Source: an uncultured delta proteobacterium (GTDB taxonomy: Bacteria > Myxococcota_A > Polyangia > Fen-1088). From it: a stretch of 64,000 nt of DNA. Made by a program: the position numbers and the translations under genes. Under the pieces are notes generated by a model. That model did no database searches, was not told where the DNA came from, and saw only the letters and a list, made by a program, of their open reading frames with translations. The stretch spans positions 2,880,001-2,944,000 of the forward strand of contig CAVYGB010000008.1 of the NCBI GenBank assembly GCA_963767925.1, in the 5' to 3' direction. Shown piece by piece: positions 42,990 to 52,670 of the stretch (positions within the stretch are counted from its first letter, which is position 1; the number at the start of each line of letters is the position of its first letter).

Positions 42990-44516
42990 CTAGAGGTCGT
43001 GCCCGCAGTAGGAGAGGTCGAAGCTCTTGTTGCACAGGGGGAAGTCGGAGATGGGCTGCCCGCGCAGGGCGAGGGCCAGCCCGCTCCAGTTGTGGAACGA
43101 AGGATCGACGACCTTGTAAGCCGCCAGCCGCCCCTGCCCGTCGGTGAAGGCGACGTGGCAGATCTCCCCCCGCCAGCCCTCGACCAGCGAGACGCAGAGG
43201 TGGTCGGGCCGCAGCGGCGCCAGCGCCGACCGCACCGGCCCCGCCGGCAGCTCCTCGAGCTGGGTGCGCACGAAGGCGGCCGAGCGCTGCACCTCCAGCC
43301 AGCGGACATAGGCCCGGGCGAACACGTCGCCGCTGGCCCAGGTAGAGGTGGGGATGTGGGCGAACCGGTACAGCCCCCAGGGGTGGCTGGTGCGCACGTC
43401 GCGCTTGAGCCCCGAGGCCCGCGCCGCCACCCCCACCAGGCCGAGCTCGCGCGCCACTTCGGTCGGCACCCGACCGGTCTCGTCGAAGCGCGCCTGCACC
43501 GAGGCGGTCGTCCACAGCAGCTCGACCGCCCGCCCGGCGTCGCGCAGGGCCGCCGCCAGCCGGGCCGCCATGTTCGCGGCCAGCGGCGGGTCCAGGTCGA
43601 ATCCGACGCCGCCTGGCCGGACCAGCCCGCGACCGAACCGGCTCCCGCACAGCGAGGCGGTGAGGTTGAGCAGCTCCCCCCGCAGCCGGCCGCAGAACGA
43701 GGCGGTGGGCAGGAACCCGACGTCGGCGGCCAGGGCGCCGAGGCCGCCGAGGTGGTTGGCCATTCGCTCGAGCTCGAGGGCGATGGCCCGCAGGCCCTGG
43801 GCCCGCGCTGGCGCCCGTCCCCCGGCCAGCGCCTCGTGGAGCTGGCAATGGGCGCTGGCGTGGCCGACGCTTGTGTCCCCGGCCAGCGTCTCGACCAGGT
43901 GGATGGTGCGCTTGCCCGGCCCCCCGACGAGGGCGCGCTCCACTCCCCGGTGCTGGTAGCCGAGCGAGATCTCGAGGTGCAGCACCTCCTCGCCGTGGCA
44001 CTGGAAGCGGAAGTGGCCGGGCTCGATCACACCGGCGTGGACGGGGCCCACCGCCACCTCGTGCACCTCCTCCCCCTCGACCCGGTAAAACTCCGTCACC
44101 CCGATCTCGGGTCCCCCGCCGGCGCCCGCGGTGCCCGGCGCGAACCGCACCGGCTTGAGCCAGGGGTGGCCCTCCGGCGTCACGCCCCACTGCTCCCAGA
44201 TCTCCCGCTCGAAGAGCTGCACCTGGGGGCAGACCGGCGTCAGGGAGGCGAAGCCGGCCTCTTCGCCCGGGCCGGCGATCGCCGTCCGCCCCACTTCCAG
44301 CACCCCCTCGGCGTCGGCCGCCAGCACCACCACCAGCTCGATCCCGCCCTCGGCCCGGTGGCCGAACAGGGCGGCGACCCGCCGGCCCCCCGCGACCCCC
44401 GCCAGGATCGCCTGCCGGAAGGCCGCCGGATCGCAGCGGGGGACCTGCGCGCGCGGAACCGCGGCGGCGTTGCTCATCCGCAGCAGCCCGCCGGTCTCTC
44501 CGGCCGCGGCCGTCAC
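42990..44516 (-). CDS. Ehr large subunit (HycE/HyfG-like NuoC+NuoD fusion lacking Ni-binding Cys motifs)
   Basis: FEREI.EQWG..P.GHPW, VGPVHAGVIEPGHFRF, LGYQHRGVE, EGWRGE, DPSFHNW, DFPLCNKSFDLSYCGHDL. Confidence 0.9.
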   Translation of the reverse strand: MTAAAGETGGLLRMSNAAAVPRAQVPRCDPAAFRQAILAGVAGGRRVAALFGHRAEGGIELVVVLAADAEGVLEVGRTAIAGPGEEAGFASLTPVCPQVQLFEREIWEQWGVTPEGHPWLKPVRFAPGTAGAGGGPEIGVTEFYRVEGEEVHEVAVGPVHAGVIEPGHFRFQCHGEEVLHLEISLGYQHRGVERALVGGPGKRTIHLVETLAGDTSVGHASAHCQLHEALAGGRAPARAQGLRAIALELERMANHLGGLGALAADVGFLPTASFCGRLRGELLNLTASLCGSRFGRGLVRPGGVGFDLDPPLAANMAARLAAALRDAGRAVELLWTTASVQARFDETGRVPTEVARELGLVGVAARASGLKRDVRTSHPWGLYRFAHIPTSTWASGDVFARAYVRWLEVQRSAAFVRTQLEELPAGPVRSALAPLRPDHLCVSLVEGWRGEICHVAFTDGQGRLAAYKVVDPSFHNWSGLALALRGQPISDFPLCNKSFDLSYCGHDL

Positions 44517-45946
44517 CGCGCCCCCTCGAGGTCGGCGGCCGCCCCGGTGATCAGGGCCAGCAGGGGCGGCGGCAGATAGACCCCCAGCAGCAGCACCAGG
44601 CCCAGCAGCACCGCGATCGGCGCCACCGTGAGGAAGCTCTCGCGCCGCGGCCCCGCCGGCAGGCGCTCGCCCGGCGGGCCCTGCACGATCCGGATGACCG
44701 TCGCGCCCATGCCCAGGAACACGACGATCAACATCACCAGGAACAGCGCCGCCACCCCCGGCCGCCCGGCCGCCACCGCCGCCCGCAAGATCGTGAGCTC
44801 GCTGAGAAACGGCCCGAAGGGGGGCGAGCCCGTGATGGCGAAGAACCCCGCCAGGAACAGCGCCCCCGAGACCGGCAGGTGGCGGAGCGCGCCGGCCACG
44901 TCGTCGGTGAGCTTGCTGCCGTAGGCCCGGTGGAGGTTGCCGGCCGACAGGAACAGGACGCCTTTGGCGAACCCGTTGCTCAGCAGGTGCAGCAGGGCCC
45001 CGAAGGTGCCGGCGCCGCCGAGGCTCACCCCCACCGCCAGGATCCCCATGTGCTCGACGCTGGAGTAGGCGAGCATGCGCTTGTAGTCGCGCTGGCGGGC
45101 CACGAACACCCCCGCCACCGCCATCGAGAGCAGGCCGAGGGCCAGCATCAGCTCGCGGGCGAAGCGGGCCTCCCCCGCCGCCGTGCAGATCTTCACGAAG
45201 CGCAGCACCGCCAGGAAGGCGCAGCTGGTGAGCCCGCCGGCCAGCAGGGCGCCCACCAAGCCTGGCGCCTCCCCGTAGGCGTCGGGCTTCCAGGTGTGCA
45301 TCGGCGCCAGCCCCATCTTGGTGCCGTAGCCCACGAACAGGAGCACGAAGGCCGCGTGCAGCCAGGGCCGCGACAGGCGGGGCGCGTCGCGCACCAGGTC
45401 CTCGAACAGCAGGGACGAGCCGAGGCCCCCGTGCAGCGCGGAGTAGGCGAGGAAAAACGACCCCAGCAGGGCCAGCGCGATCCCCACCGATCCGATCAGC
45501 AGGTACTTCCAGGTGGCCTCGAGCGAGCGGGGGTTGCGATCGAAGTAGAGCAGCGGCGCCGCGGCCAGGGTGCTGGCCTCGACCGCCACCCACATCAGGC
45601 CCAGGTGGTGCGAGAGGACGATGAGGGTCATCATGCCCAGGAAGGCCAGCAGGGCCGCGCAGAACACCCGGGTGTGCGCCTCGGGCCGCCGCCGCAGGTA
45701 CCCCGGCACGTAGATCGAGCAGAGCAGGACGTGCAGGCTGAGGAACCCCAGCACCAGCCGCCCCAGGGGATCGAGGACGAGCCAGCCCCCGAATGCGGGC
45801 CCCGGCGGACGGGCCAGGCAGGCGGCGGTCAGCAGGGCGTGGACCGTGGCGCCGGCCGGCACCAGCCAGGGTCGGACCCCGGGCCGGGGCATGGCGAACG
45901 TGATCGCGGCCAGGAGCAGGGGCGCGAGGACGAGGGCCGCCAGCAC
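44513..45946 (-). CDS. hyfF: HyfF-like proton-translocating antiporter subunit
   Basis: WVAVEASTL, LEATWKYL, GYGTKMGLAPMHTWKPDAY, KRMLAYSSVEH. Confidence 0.88.
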   Translation of the reverse strand: MLAALVLAPLLLAAITFAMPRPGVRPWLVPAGATVHALLTAACLARPPGPAFGGWLVLDPLGRLVLGFLSLHVLLCSIYVPGYLRRRPEAHTRVFCAALLAFLGMMTLIVLSHHLGLMWVAVEASTLAAAPLLYFDRNPRSLEATWKYLLIGSVGIALALLGSFFLAYSALHGGLGSSLLFEDLVRDAPRLSRPWLHAAFVLLFVGYGTKMGLAPMHTWKPDAYGEAPGLVGALLAGGLTSCAFLAVLRFVKICTAAGEARFARELMLALGLLSMAVAGVFVARQRDYKRMLAYSSVEHMGILAVGVSLGGAGTFGALLHLLSNGFAKGVLFLSAGNLHRAYGSKLTDDVAGALRHLPVSGALFLAGFFAITGSPPFGPFLSELTILRAAVAAGRPGVAALFLVMLIVVFLGMGATVIRIVQGPPGERLPAGPRRESFLTVAPIAVLLGLVLLLGVYLPPPLLALITGAAADLEGAR

Positions 45947-45947
45947 G

Positions 45948-46589
45948 TCACTCCTTGAGCGCGCTCAGCCGAGCCGTGTCGAGCGAGGCGTATTCGCGGC
46001 TGATGTGGTGGATGATGATGCCCATCACGAAGATGCCGACGAAGAGATCGAGCAGGGCCCCCACCTCGACAAGGAAGGGCATCGCCTCGAGCAGGGTGAG
46101 GCCCATGGCGAAGATGCCGTTCTCCATGACCAGATAGCCGACCACCTGGGTGATGGCCTTGCGCCGGGTGGTGAGGATGAGAAACCCGGTGATGATGGTG
46201 GCAAAGGAGGTGGGCAGGAGCAGCGACCCGCGGTGCTCCTCGACGAGGGGCAAGGTCCGCGAGAACAGCAGGGCCAGCACCGTGCCGAGGGCCGCCACCA
46301 GCAGCGAGGGGACGAAGCCGATGAAGGGCTCGACCTCCCGGTAGATGGCGGCGTCGCGCATCGCCTTGTGCAGGAGGCGGGGGATGAACAGCCCCTTGAG
46401 CAACACGGCGCCCACCCCCACCAGTACGGTGGCGGTGGTCAGGTGGCGGTGGACCAGCACCGCCACCGCGCCGAGCAGGATCCCCTGCGCCGCCGAGGCG
46501 TTGATCACCGCGCGCAGCCGGCTGGTGCCGACCAGGTACAGGTTGAGCAGCAGCAGCAGGACCAGGAGGGGATCGTGCTGGTGGTTCAT
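45948..46589 (-). CDS. hyfE: HyfE-like membrane subunit
   Basis: QVVGYLVMENGIF, VE.GALLD, LSALKE. Confidence 0.85.
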   Translation of the reverse strand: MNHQHDPLLVLLLLLNLYLVGTSRLRAVINASAAQGILLGAVAVLVHRHLTTATVLVGVGAVLLKGLFIPRLLHKAMRDAAIYREVEPFIGFVPSLLVAALGTVLALLFSRTLPLVEEHRGSLLLPTSFATIITGFLILTTRRKAITQVVGYLVMENGIFAMGLTLLEAMPFLVEVGALLDLFVGIFVMGIIIHHISREYASLDTARLSALKE

Positions 46590-46595
46590 GGCGCC

Positions 46596-47519
46596 TCAGC
46601 GGACCAGCAGGACGAGGCCGAAGCCGGACAGCAGGCAGGCGGCGATGAGCAGCCGGGGGACGTGGGCCAGCCGCACCCGGGCCATGCTGGACTCCACCAC
46701 CCCGATGGCCACCGCGAGGACCAGGCTGGACCCCAGGACGGCGGCCCAGCTCGCCCAGGGGCTGGCCCAGACCCGCGGCAGCACCAAGCGGCCCAGCAGG
46801 GCCACGAAGAGGAACAGCTTGAGCGCCGCCCCGTACAGGACCACGGCCAGACCGGGCCCGCCGTGGTCGAGCACCATGACCTCGTGGATCATGGTCAGCT
46901 CGAGGTGGGTGCTGGGATCGTCGACCGGGAGGCGGCTGTTCTCGGCCAGCAGCACGATGAACAGGCCGACAACGACGAGCACCAGGGAGGGCCCGCCCTG
47001 CCCCCAGGCCCGGGTCAGCGAACCGCCCAGCATGCCCGAGAGCGACAGGCTCCCCGAGCCGACGACGAGCACCAGCAGCCCCAGGAAGAAGGCCGGCTCG
47101 GCCAGCGCGGCGAAGCTCCCCTCCCGGGCGGCCCCCATGCCCTCGAAGGCCGAGCCGGTGTCGAGCGCGGCCAGCATGGTGAAGAAGCGGGCCAGCCCCA
47201 GCAGGCCGGCGAACAGGACGAAGTCGCCGTCGAAGGCGACGAGCGCGGGCCGGCTGCCGAGCGGCACCAGCGCCCCGGCCAGCCCCACCGCCGCCAGGGC
47301 CACCAGGGGGCCGGCCTGGAACACCCAGGTGCTCGACGTGCTGAAGACCGAGCCCTTGCCCAGCAGCTTGGCCAGGTCGCGGTAGGGCTGCAGCCAGGGC
47401 GCCCCCACCCGCCCGGCGAAGGCCGCCTTGGTCTTGACGATCACCGACAGCAGGAGAGGGGGGAACAGGAACAGCACCGCCCCGTGAATCGCCGCGTGCA
47501 AGGCGCCGGTCGCGCTCAT
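46596..47519 (-). CDS. hyfC: HyfC/HycD-like (NuoH-like) membrane subunit
   Basis: GRVGAPWLQPYRDLAKLLGK, LDTGSAFEGMGAARE, ENSRLPVDDPSTHLELTMIHE; ATGA overlap. Confidence 0.88.
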   Translation of the reverse strand: MSATGALHAAIHGAVLFLFPPLLLSVIVKTKAAFAGRVGAPWLQPYRDLAKLLGKGSVFSTSSTWVFQAGPLVALAAVGLAGALVPLGSRPALVAFDGDFVLFAGLLGLARFFTMLAALDTGSAFEGMGAAREGSFAALAEPAFFLGLLVLVVGSGSLSLSGMLGGSLTRAWGQGGPSLVLVVVGLFIVLLAENSRLPVDDPSTHLELTMIHEVMVLDHGGPGLAVVLYGAALKLFLFVALLGRLVLPRVWASPWASWAAVLGSSLVLAVAIGVVESSMARVRLAHVPRLLIAACLLSGFGLVLLVR

Positions 47520-49501
47520 GGCCGCACCGAGGACCAGGCCAGGGCCCCTACCACGACGAGGAGGATATACAGCAGGTAGACGTGCAGGATCCCCTGGTGC
47601 AGCCAGCGCAGCCGCGCCAGCCAGCCGGCCCAGCGGTCGAACCAGGGCTGATACACCCCGCGGGTGAGCGGATCGGTGTAGTCGGCCGCGAGCCGCGCCG
47701 GCCCGGGCAACACCCCGACCGGCGGCTGCAGGTCGAGGCGCGCCCCCAGCGACCGGGGCAGCAGGCTCTCGGCGGCGATCCCGCTGAACGAGCTCGCGGT
47801 GTATTGCATGCGGGCGGTGGGCGCGAGGTAGCCGCAGCCCCAGGTCTCCGCCCGGGCGGCGGGGCGCCGGCGCAGGTGCCAGGCGTAGCCGAGCCCGAGC
47901 AGCGCCAGCAGGGCCCAGACGGCGCGGATCACCCAGGCCAGCGGCCCCACCGGGGCCAGCGCGGCGGTTAGGTCGGCGGGCGAGGCGCCGGGCAAGATCT
48001 GGCCGAGCACCGGCCCGAGCCCCGCGAGGATCGTCCCGGGGAGCAGGGCGGCGAGCAGGCCCAGCAGGGCCAGCGCGGCCATCGCCCCAACCATCGGCGC
48101 GGGCGCCTCGTGGGCCTGGCGGGCGCCCTCGCTGCGCGGCTCGCCCAGCAGGGCGATACCGAGGAGGCGGGTGTAACAGAGCGCGGCCAGGCCCCCCACC
48201 AGCGCCAGCCCCCCGATCGCCAGCAGCAGGAGCAGGGCGGTGGCCCCCGGCTGCCCGATCGCCCCCCGGACCAGGCCGAGCACGATCAGCCACTCGCTGA
48301 CGAACAGCCCCAGGGGGGGCAGCCCGGCCAGGGTGATGGCGCCCAGGATCATGAGCCCCCCGGTGCGGGGCATCCGCCGGAGCAGGCCGCCCAGCCGCTC
48401 TAGGTCGCGGCTGCCGCTGCCGTGCAGGACGCTGCCGGCGCACAGGAACAGCAGCCCCTTGCCGGCGGCGTGGTGCAGGAGGTGCAGGAGCCCGCCGCAG
48501 GCCCCCAGCAGCGCCACCGCCGGCTGCCCGCGGACGCTGGCCTGGAAGGCCACCCCCAGCCCGATCAGCACGATGCCGACGTTCTCGATGCTCGAGTAGG
48601 CCAGCACGCGCTTGAGGTCGCGCTGGGCCAGGGCGAGGGCGATGCCGAGGAGGGCGCCGCCGAGGCCGAGGGCGAGCAGGACCGGCCCCCAGTAGCGCGC
48701 CGGCTCGAGGAAGGTCAAGGCGCGCAGCAGACCGTAGACCCCGAGCTTGATCAGGATGCCCGACATGAGGGCCGAGACGTGCGAGGGGGCGGCGGCATGG
48801 GCCTCCGGCAGCCAGACGTGGACCGGCACCAGCCCGGCCTTGATGCCGAAGCCGAGGGTGGCCAGCCCGAAGGCGAGCAGCCCCCCGGGGCCGGCGGCCA
48901 GCCGGGCGGCGGAGAAGGCGGCGAAGCCGAGGTCGCCGGCGTGGTGCCCCAGCACCAGGAACAGCCCCACCAGGCAGGCGAACCCCACGTGCGCCGAGAT
49001 CAGGTAGGCCCAGCCGGCCCGGCGCACCTCTGGCTCGCCGTGATCGAAGGTCACCAGCAGGTAGGAGGTCAGCGACATCAGCTCCCAGGCGACGAGGAAC
49101 ACAAGGGCGTGCCGGGCCAGCAGCACGAGGATCATGGCGGCCACGCACAGGTTGAACAGGCACGCGGGCGCGGCCAGGTTTCGTCCCGGCGACCCGGCCA
49201 GCAGGTACGACCGCCCGTAGACCGCCGCCGCCGCGGCCAGCGCCAGCAGCGGGATCAGGAAGAAGCCGGTCAGGGGGTCGAGCCCGAGGACGATCTCGCC
49301 ACCGGGGACGGGCCAGGGCCGGCGCAGCTCGGGGAAGGGCGCGCCCGCCAGCGCGGCGAGCCCGGGCGGCAACCCCAGCCCCGCCGCCGCCAGCACCCCC
49401 AGCGTCGCCGCGGCGGTGGCGGCGCGGGGCCGGCGGTGCAGGACCACCGCCGCGACGGCGCCCGCGATCAAGGCGGCCAGCGCCAGCAGCACGAGGGTCA
49501 T
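47516..49501 (-). CDS. hyfB: HyfB-like proton-translocating antiporter subunit
   Basis: WELMSL, KAGLVPVHVWLPEAHAAAPSHVSALMSG, KRVLAYSSIEN, TWGCGY, MQYT..SF. Confidence 0.9.
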   Translation of the reverse strand: MTLVLLALAALIAGAVAAVVLHRRPRAATAAATLGVLAAAGLGLPPGLAALAGAPFPELRRPWPVPGGEIVLGLDPLTGFFLIPLLALAAAAAVYGRSYLLAGSPGRNLAAPACLFNLCVAAMILVLLARHALVFLVAWELMSLTSYLLVTFDHGEPEVRRAGWAYLISAHVGFACLVGLFLVLGHHAGDLGFAAFSAARLAAGPGGLLAFGLATLGFGIKAGLVPVHVWLPEAHAAAPSHVSALMSGILIKLGVYGLLRALTFLEPARYWGPVLLALGLGGALLGIALALAQRDLKRVLAYSSIENVGIVLIGLGVAFQASVRGQPAVALLGACGGLLHLLHHAAGKGLLFLCAGSVLHGSGSRDLERLGGLLRRMPRTGGLMILGAITLAGLPPLGLFVSEWLIVLGLVRGAIGQPGATALLLLLAIGGLALVGGLAALCYTRLLGIALLGEPRSEGARQAHEAPAPMVGAMAALALLGLLAALLPGTILAGLGPVLGQILPGASPADLTAALAPVGPLAWVIRAVWALLALLGLGYAWHLRRRPAARAETWGCGYLAPTARMQYTASSFSGIAAESLLPRSLGARLDLQPPVGVLPGPARLAADYTDPLTRGVYQPWFDRWAGWLARLRWLHQGILHVYLLYILLVVVGALAWSSVRP

Positions 49502-50184
49502 CCCCGCCCCACCGGCTGCAAGCGCGCCTCCACCTCGCTGGCCCGGGCCAGGATCGCGGCGTCCGGCGCCCGGCCCGCCACCGCCGCCTTGAAGCCCAAA
49601 TCGAGCAGGGCCCGCGACAGCTTCGCCAGGAGCTGCAGGTGGGTGGGGATGGTCGGGGTGACGATGAGGAACAGGGTGTGCACCGGCTGCCCGTCGGACG
49701 CGTGGAAGTCGAGGGGCGTGTCGAGGAAGCAGAGGCTGATGGCGGGCCTGCCTCCCGGGCATACGACGGGGCTGCGCACGTGCGGGATGGCGATCCCCTC
49801 GCCGATCGCGGTCGAGCCACCCGCCTCGCGGGCCAGCACCAGCTCCGCGAGCAGCTCCCGATCGGGGCCGTCGATCCCGGGCAGGCAGGTGATGGCCGCC
49901 TGCAGGACCTGCCCCCGGGTGTCGCCGCCGACGGCTCGGTGGACGCCGCCGCGCTCGAGGACCTCGGTCAGCGCTGGCCCCCGCCCGCCGCCGCCCTCGT
50001 CCTCGAACAGCTCCGGGGAGACCGGCAGCCGCCGGGCCGTCGCCCACTCGAGCAGCTCGGTGCGGGCGAAGCGGGGCTGGTGGTTCACCAGGTAACAGGG
50101 GATGCTCCCCGCGTCGACCCAGCGGTAGATCTCGGTCTCGCCGACGGCCAGCAGCCTGGCGGCCTCGCGCACCGTGAGCTTCAT
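49498..50184 (-). CDS. Excisionase-type HTH fused to PTS EIIA (Ntr-like) domain
   Basis: LTVREAARLL.V....YRW HTH; RE..GSTAIGEGIAIPH phospho-His motif; HLQLLAKLS. Confidence 0.88.
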   Translation of the reverse strand: MKLTVREAARLLAVGETEIYRWVDAGSIPCYLVNHQPRFARTELLEWATARRLPVSPELFEDEGGGGRGPALTEVLERGGVHRAVGGDTRGQVLQAAITCLPGIDGPDRELLAELVLAREAGGSTAIGEGIAIPHVRSPVVCPGGRPAISLCFLDTPLDFHASDGQPVHTLFLIVTPTIPTHLQLLAKLSRALLDLGFKAAVAGRAPDAAILARASEVEARLQPVGRG

Positions 50185-50346
50185 CGGCGACGCCCACCGG
50201 CCCGACCGCGCGCTATCAGGTGCAGATGCGTGGCGGGTTTCTCCTCTTGCGACGCGCAGATTACCACGGCTACGCCTCCTTCCGGGCCAGCTCTTCCGCC
50301 CGCTCAGGCCCGGGCGCAAGAGCGCCGAACGGTTCCCCCGCGAACC

Positions 50347-50524
50347 GGAGACCCCTCTCCCCGCTGGCGCAGGGCGAGGGCGAACGATTTGCCAGGTTCC
50401 CCGATTCTCTCCCGAGGAGCATCTCGGTATCGGAGATCCACGGAGGAGTCCCAGATCTCTGCACCCCGCTTGTCCGTTCGCCCTCGCCCCGCGCCAGCGG
50501 GGAGAGGGGGGGTGAGGGGTCTCC
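50347..50524. repeat. Long intergenic inverted repeat (REP/MITE-like)
   Basis: GGAGACCCCTCTCCCCGCTGGCGCAGGGCGAGGGCGAACG (50347-50386) pairs with 50475-50524: 35 bp with 1 mismatch, plus a 10-nt insertion before the terminal TCTCC. Confidence 0.75.
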
Positions 50525-50585
50525 GGCCAAACTGTTCGGTACGCCAGGCCTCCGGCGGCCGGCGGTTCGATGATAGAGATGGCTC

Positions 50586-52229
50586 ATGCGCTGGGAGCAG
50601 ACCTACAGTCCGGTCGGCGGCGGCGTCCTGATCTCGGCCCTGGTGGCGGCGGTGCCGGTGGTGGTGCTGCTGGGCAGCCTGGCCTTGCTGCACATGCGGC
50701 CCCACCGGGCGGCCTTGCTGGGGCTGCTCGCCTCGGGGGCGGTCGCCATCGGGGTGTTTGGCATGCCGGTCCCGCTGGCGGCCGCGGCGGCGGGCTACGG
50801 CGCCGCCTTCGGGCTCTTCCCGATCGGCTGGATCGTCCTCAACGCCATCTTCCTCTACGACGTCACGGTGGCCACCGGGCAGTTCGACGTCCTCCGGCGC
50901 AGCGTGGCCGGGCTGGCCAGCGACCGCCGGATCCAGGCCCTGCTCATCGCCTTCAGCTTCGGGGCCTTCATGGAAGGCGCGGCCGGCTTCGGCACGCCGG
51001 TGGCCATCTCGGCCGCCATGTTGATAGGCCTCGGGTTCCGGCCCCTGCAGGCCGCCGGCCTGACCCTGCTGGGCAACACCGCCCCCGTCGCCTTCGGCGC
51101 CCTCGGCACGCCCCTCATCGCGCTGGCCGCCGTGACCGGGCTGCCCCTCGGCGATCTGTCGGCGATGGTGGGGCGGCAGCTCCCCTTCTTTGCCCTGCTC
51201 ATCCCCTTCTGGATGATCGCGGCCATGGCCGGGCTGCGCGGCCTGCGCGACGTGTGGCCAGCCTGCCTGGTGGCCGGGGCCAGCTTCGGCCTGGCCCAGC
51301 TCGCGCTCAGCAACCTGCACGGCCCCTGGCTGGTCGACGTGCTGGGGGCCGCCGTGTCGATGCTGTCGCTGGTGCTGCTGCTCCGGTTCTGGCAGCCCCG
51401 CACGGTCTGGCGGTTCGAGCACGACGCCCCCGCCGGCGCCGAGGCGGCCGACCCCGCCGGCCCGCCCGACCGGCGGGCCACCGCCCGGGCCTGGATGCCC
51501 TGGGTGCTCCTGTCGCTGTTCGTGTTCGTCTGGGGCATCCCGGCGGTCAAGCGCGCGCTCGACGGCCTGTTCGCCCTGCGCCTCCCGGTGCCCCTGCTGC
51601 ACCAGGCGGTGGTGCGCATCCCCCCGGTGGCGCCCCGCCCGGAGCCGGAGAACGCCATCTTCAACCTCAACCTCCTGTCGGCGGCCGGCACCGCGATCCT
51701 GCTGGCCACCGTCGTCTCGGGCCTGCTGCTTGGCCTGCGCCCGGGGCGGCTGCTGGCCCTGTACGGGCGGGCCCTGCTGCGCGTGCGCCTGTCGCTGCTG
51801 ACCATCGCCGCGATGATGGCGCTGGGGTTCGTGACCCGCTATTCCGGCTCGGACACGACCATGGGCCTGGCCTTCGCCTCCACCGGCTGGCTGTTCCCCT
51901 TCTTCTCGCCCCTGCTCGGCTGGCTGGGCGTCGCGCTCACCGGCAGCGACACCTCGTCGAACGTGCTGTTCGGAAACCTGCAGAAGGTCTCGGCCGAGCA
52001 GATCGGCGTCTCGCCCATCCTCACCGCTTCGGCCAACAGCTCGGGCGGGGTGATGGGGAAGATGATCGACGCCCAGAGCATCGTGGTGGCCAGCGTGGCC
52101 ACCGGGTCGGGGGCCAGCGCCAGCGCGATCCTCCGCTACGTTTTTTGGCACAGCTTCGTGCTGGCGCTGCTGGTGGGAGGGCTGGTCCTCGCGCAGGCCT
52201 ATCTATTCCCGGGCATGATCCCGCGCTGA
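50586..52229 (+). CDS. lctP: L-lactate permease
   Basis: [74 protein letters not shown]. Confidence 0.95.
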   Translation: MRWEQTYSPVGGGVLISALVAAVPVVVLLGSLALLHMRPHRAALLGLLASGAVAIGVFGMPVPLAAAAAGYGAAFGLFPIGWIVLNAIFLYDVTVATGQFDVLRRSVAGLASDRRIQALLIAFSFGAFMEGAAGFGTPVAISAAMLIGLGFRPLQAAGLTLLGNTAPVAFGALGTPLIALAAVTGLPLGDLSAMVGRQLPFFALLIPFWMIAAMAGLRGLRDVWPACLVAGASFGLAQLALSNLHGPWLVDVLGAAVSMLSLVLLLRFWQPRTVWRFEHDAPAGAEAADPAGPPDRRATARAWMPWVLLSLFVFVWGIPAVKRALDGLFALRLPVPLLHQAVVRIPPVAPRPEPENAIFNLNLLSAAGTAILLATVVSGLLLGLRPGRLLALYGRALLRVRLSLLTIAAMMALGFVTRYSGSDTTMGLAFASTGWLFPFFSPLLGWLGVALTGSDTSSNVLFGNLQKVSAEQIGVSPILTASANSSGGVMGKMIDAQSIVVASVATGSGASASAILRYVFWHSFVLALLVGGLVLAQAYLFPGMIPR

Positions 52230-52280
52230 AACCGGCAAAGGTGGAGCGGCGCGCGACCGGCCGATATAATGCGATCCCAC

Positions 52281-52670
52281 ATGCCGAGGAAATCGCTCTC
52301 TCTCCTGCTGGCAGGCGCGCTCGCGCTGGCCGCGCTGCTGCCGGCGCCCGCGGCCCAGGCCCGGGATCTGGTGCGCGCCGCCGCCGCCGCCGCCCTGGCC
52401 CTCGCCGACGAGACCCCCCCGCCCACCCGGACGCAGGTCATCGCCAAGCAACAGCAGGACGAGGCCGCCCGGGCCGAGGCGCGCAAGCAGCAGCAGCGGG
52501 CCGACGTCCCCTATTACAAGAAGTGGTGGTTCTGGGCCCTGACCGCCGCGGTCGTCGGGGGTACCGTGGCCCTGGGAGTCTGGGCCATCGAGCCGAGCGA
52601 CCAGCCGGCCCGCGCCTGCACCCCGGGCGCCCTCGGGTGCTTCGGGGACGGTCGGAGTCAGCCCCTATGA
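52281..52670 (+). CDS. Hypothetical secreted/membrane-anchored protein
   Basis: Signal peptide (AQA), C-terminal PYYKKWWFW plus TM helix. Confidence 0.65.
   Translation: MPRKSLSLLLAGALALAALLPAPAAQARDLVRAAAAAALALADETPPPTRTQVIAKQQQDEAARAEARKQQQRADVPYYKKWWFWALTAAVVGGTVALGVWAIEPSDQPARACTPGALGCFGDGRSQPL

Noticed and set aside
42990..44516. Functional [NiFe] hydrogenase / formate hydrogenlyase
   Set aside because: Both Ni-ligating CxxC motifs are absent and no hyp, protease or fdh genes are present in the window.
49498..50184. Excisionase as a sign of a mobile element
   Set aside because: The HTH is fused to PTS EIIA and coupled to hyfB, so it reads as a regulator.
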